The notes beneath the pieces are model-generated. The model saw nothing but the letters and a program-made list of their open reading frames with translations. It was not told the DNA's origin and did not search any database. Made by a program: the position numbers and the translations under genes. From Vermamoeba vermiformis (Eukaryota), in assembly GCA_045837725.1 (NCBI GenBank), contig JBEWZL010000208.1, positions 124,001 to 188,000 on the forward strand: 64,000 nucleotides of DNA, in the 5' to 3' direction. This document shows, in pieces, positions 62,113 through 64,000 of this stretch. Every line of letters begins with the position of its first letter. Position 1 is the first letter of the stretch.

Positions 62113-64000
62113 ATGGCGTGGACGCTGAATTTTCTGCTACTTGCTGGTGCCATCGTTCTCGTGACTTATTTACACCGCACCATTCAAAAAATACGAAGAA
62201 ATGCATTTGTATATCCATCAGAAGCGATTATCGATCAGACTCTGCCTCCTGTAAGTCTTTGATCTGTGCACAAAATCCAAAAATCACAAATTCCATTCAA
62301 TTAACTGACCGCTCCGTAATTTATCCAATATTATGCTAAATTTATAAAAATTATTCATGATTTTTAGTCGTTTTATAGACATTTTGCGAGTAAACCAACC
62401 AGATGCATCGTGTCAAAAATAAACTTAATTAGTTAATAACTAATAATCTTTTAGGAAATAATGGAGCATATATTTCTCAATCTAGATTATAGTTCTATCA
62501 TGGCGTGCTCAGAAGTGAGCAAATACTGGCGCCATCATGCGATTAAAGAGCAGATCCAAGATTACATCTTCCGCAATGAGTAAGCATCTATATTTCTCGC
62601 GATTGCTCCATTATCATTTATCAACCCTAATAATATTAGTACTTCGTTGAGCCTAAATGTCGATCGATTGAACGAAGCACTAAACTCGGAAACATTTAAG
62701 CTGTCTCGTGACACGAAACTGCTCTCTTACCCGGTAATGAACAACTTATACTAATAGTAGGTATATATTAACATTATTGTGATTAGGCCATTTATCCACC
62801 ACAATGGAGATTAGCAGATCAACTCTTCGCAAAAAATTTGGGCAAAGAACTGATCGAGACGGATTTGACAGGAGCGCGGCAAATTTACAACGCTTTGAGG
62901 GCAAAAAATACGACAGAAGCTAACTCAACTGATATACATGTAAATAAGTAAGTATATTTTCATATGCGGTACATTTGTTGACGATCCGGAATTTTAGGTA
63001 TTTGCTGAAGCTGCGAGGAAGATTAGAGTACCATTATAATCATAATTGGAATATTAGAGACACTGGCAAGAATGTATTACAGATTAATATGAACGAGTAC
63101 AAAGATGGCCACAAGTTCTACATGAATCCAAGAGAGGATTGCGAAATGATCGTTGAATTTAACAACTTAGTCACTCGAAGCTCACCTAATTTAACGAGCA
63201 ATTTACTGAAATTTCGCTTGCTGGATTATAGACCACAGATTGCCGGTACTTAACGAAAATATGAAATTTTGTTTAATTACTCAAAAACAATTCTAAGAAT
63301 TTAGACTTGATATGCAGTTCGTTTATCATAACTTAGCTTTTATCAACGAGTCCCTATACTATTTTTGGTATTAATTTGCGGTTTTTATAGGATTTCCAGC
63401 CGGTCCACCATTAGTACAATTAGCGTTCTTATTCCTCCTACCGTGCATCATCATAGATTACCGAAATAGTCCTGATAGTGAAGCGAAATTTTATGCCAGT
63501 GTTATCTTGCATGCAATCTACGAAATAACAGGGCTAATTCTGGCATTTGCTGGACAAGTGCCTTATCCGGGACCAAGTTCACCACCGGAAGCCAGAAAAA
63601 AATTCAACATTGCCGTGAGCGTTACAATAGTATTAGCATTAATAGGCCTAATATTCTATCGATGGAGTTTGGAGTTGACGAATTATATTTTAATGTTGGT
63701 GGCTTGCACTGTTTATTTCTTTTTATGGCAAGATTTCGCGTCTGCGAGTTATCGAAGAGCAAAATTAGTAGCATTTATACTAGCATGTTTGATAGTCTCA
63801 ATGAACGATTGGAAGTTGACAGTGGATGCGGTCAAAAACGGTCAAATATTTTATACGCTAATGTACAATTTACTCATGCACTTGCAGTTCGGAGTTTTGA
63901 TAACGTTGCATAGTATCATGTTGAATTACTTCTACAAGTCCCCCCGAACTCGAAAGCAAGATCTGTTCAAGTGGCGCTCTTCGTTCGGAGAGATGTATCT
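62113..64000 (+). CDS. Membrane protein with N-terminal hydrophobic anchor, F-box and C-terminal multi-pass region (3' end outside window)
   Basis: MAWTLNFLLLAGAIVLVTYL; LPP|EIMEHIFLNLDYSSIMACSEVSKYWR. A stop-free frame from about 63391 to the window end has several hydrophobic helices and is phase-compatible with the donor at 63246. Confidence 0.6.

Noticed and set aside
1-64000. CRISPR array, operons, prokaryotic defence system, rRNA or intact transposase
   Set aside because: The DNA is spliceosomal-intron-rich eukaryotic sequence. I saw no regularly spaced repeats, terminal inverted repeats, LTRs, or RT/transposase motifs.
1-64000. Alternative genetic code or stop-codon readthrough to explain fragmented ORFs
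   Set aside because: Nearly all breaks are explained by phase-compatible GT/GC-AG introns, and genes end in standard stop codons (mostly TAA or TAG).

Overview
Gene-dense, intron-rich eukaryotic DNA with short GT-AG introns (mostly about 45-250 nt) and CTAA-type branch points. It is most likely an amoebozoan protist, because it carries a recognisable Dictyostelium-type lrrA orthologue, a CudA-like transcription factor and an amoeba-type GH25 lysozyme. The ORF track shows only exon fragments, so I assembled about 23 protein-coding genes and 2 tRNA genes by hand; all gene ends are approximate. Conserved genes: lrrA, a mitochondrial IMP peptidase, an EF-hand calpain, a TYW4-Kelch-JmjC fusion, a DDX60-like helicase and a cyclopropane fatty acid synthase. 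Accessory genes: about 8 F-box-bearing genes with very different partner domains (including a three-copy tandem array and an F-box/small-GTPase fusion), a nucleotidyltransferase-like plus MATH-like gene and two tandem GPI-type beta-lactamase-family genes. The most striking signal is a sharply bounded ~2.3 kb block (8777-11062) with only 2 CpG by my count, in otherwise CpG-rich DNA. It lies in the body of a decaying Crinkler/RHS-type NTPase-nuclease gene, which suggests locus-specific cytosine methylation followed by mutational erosion.
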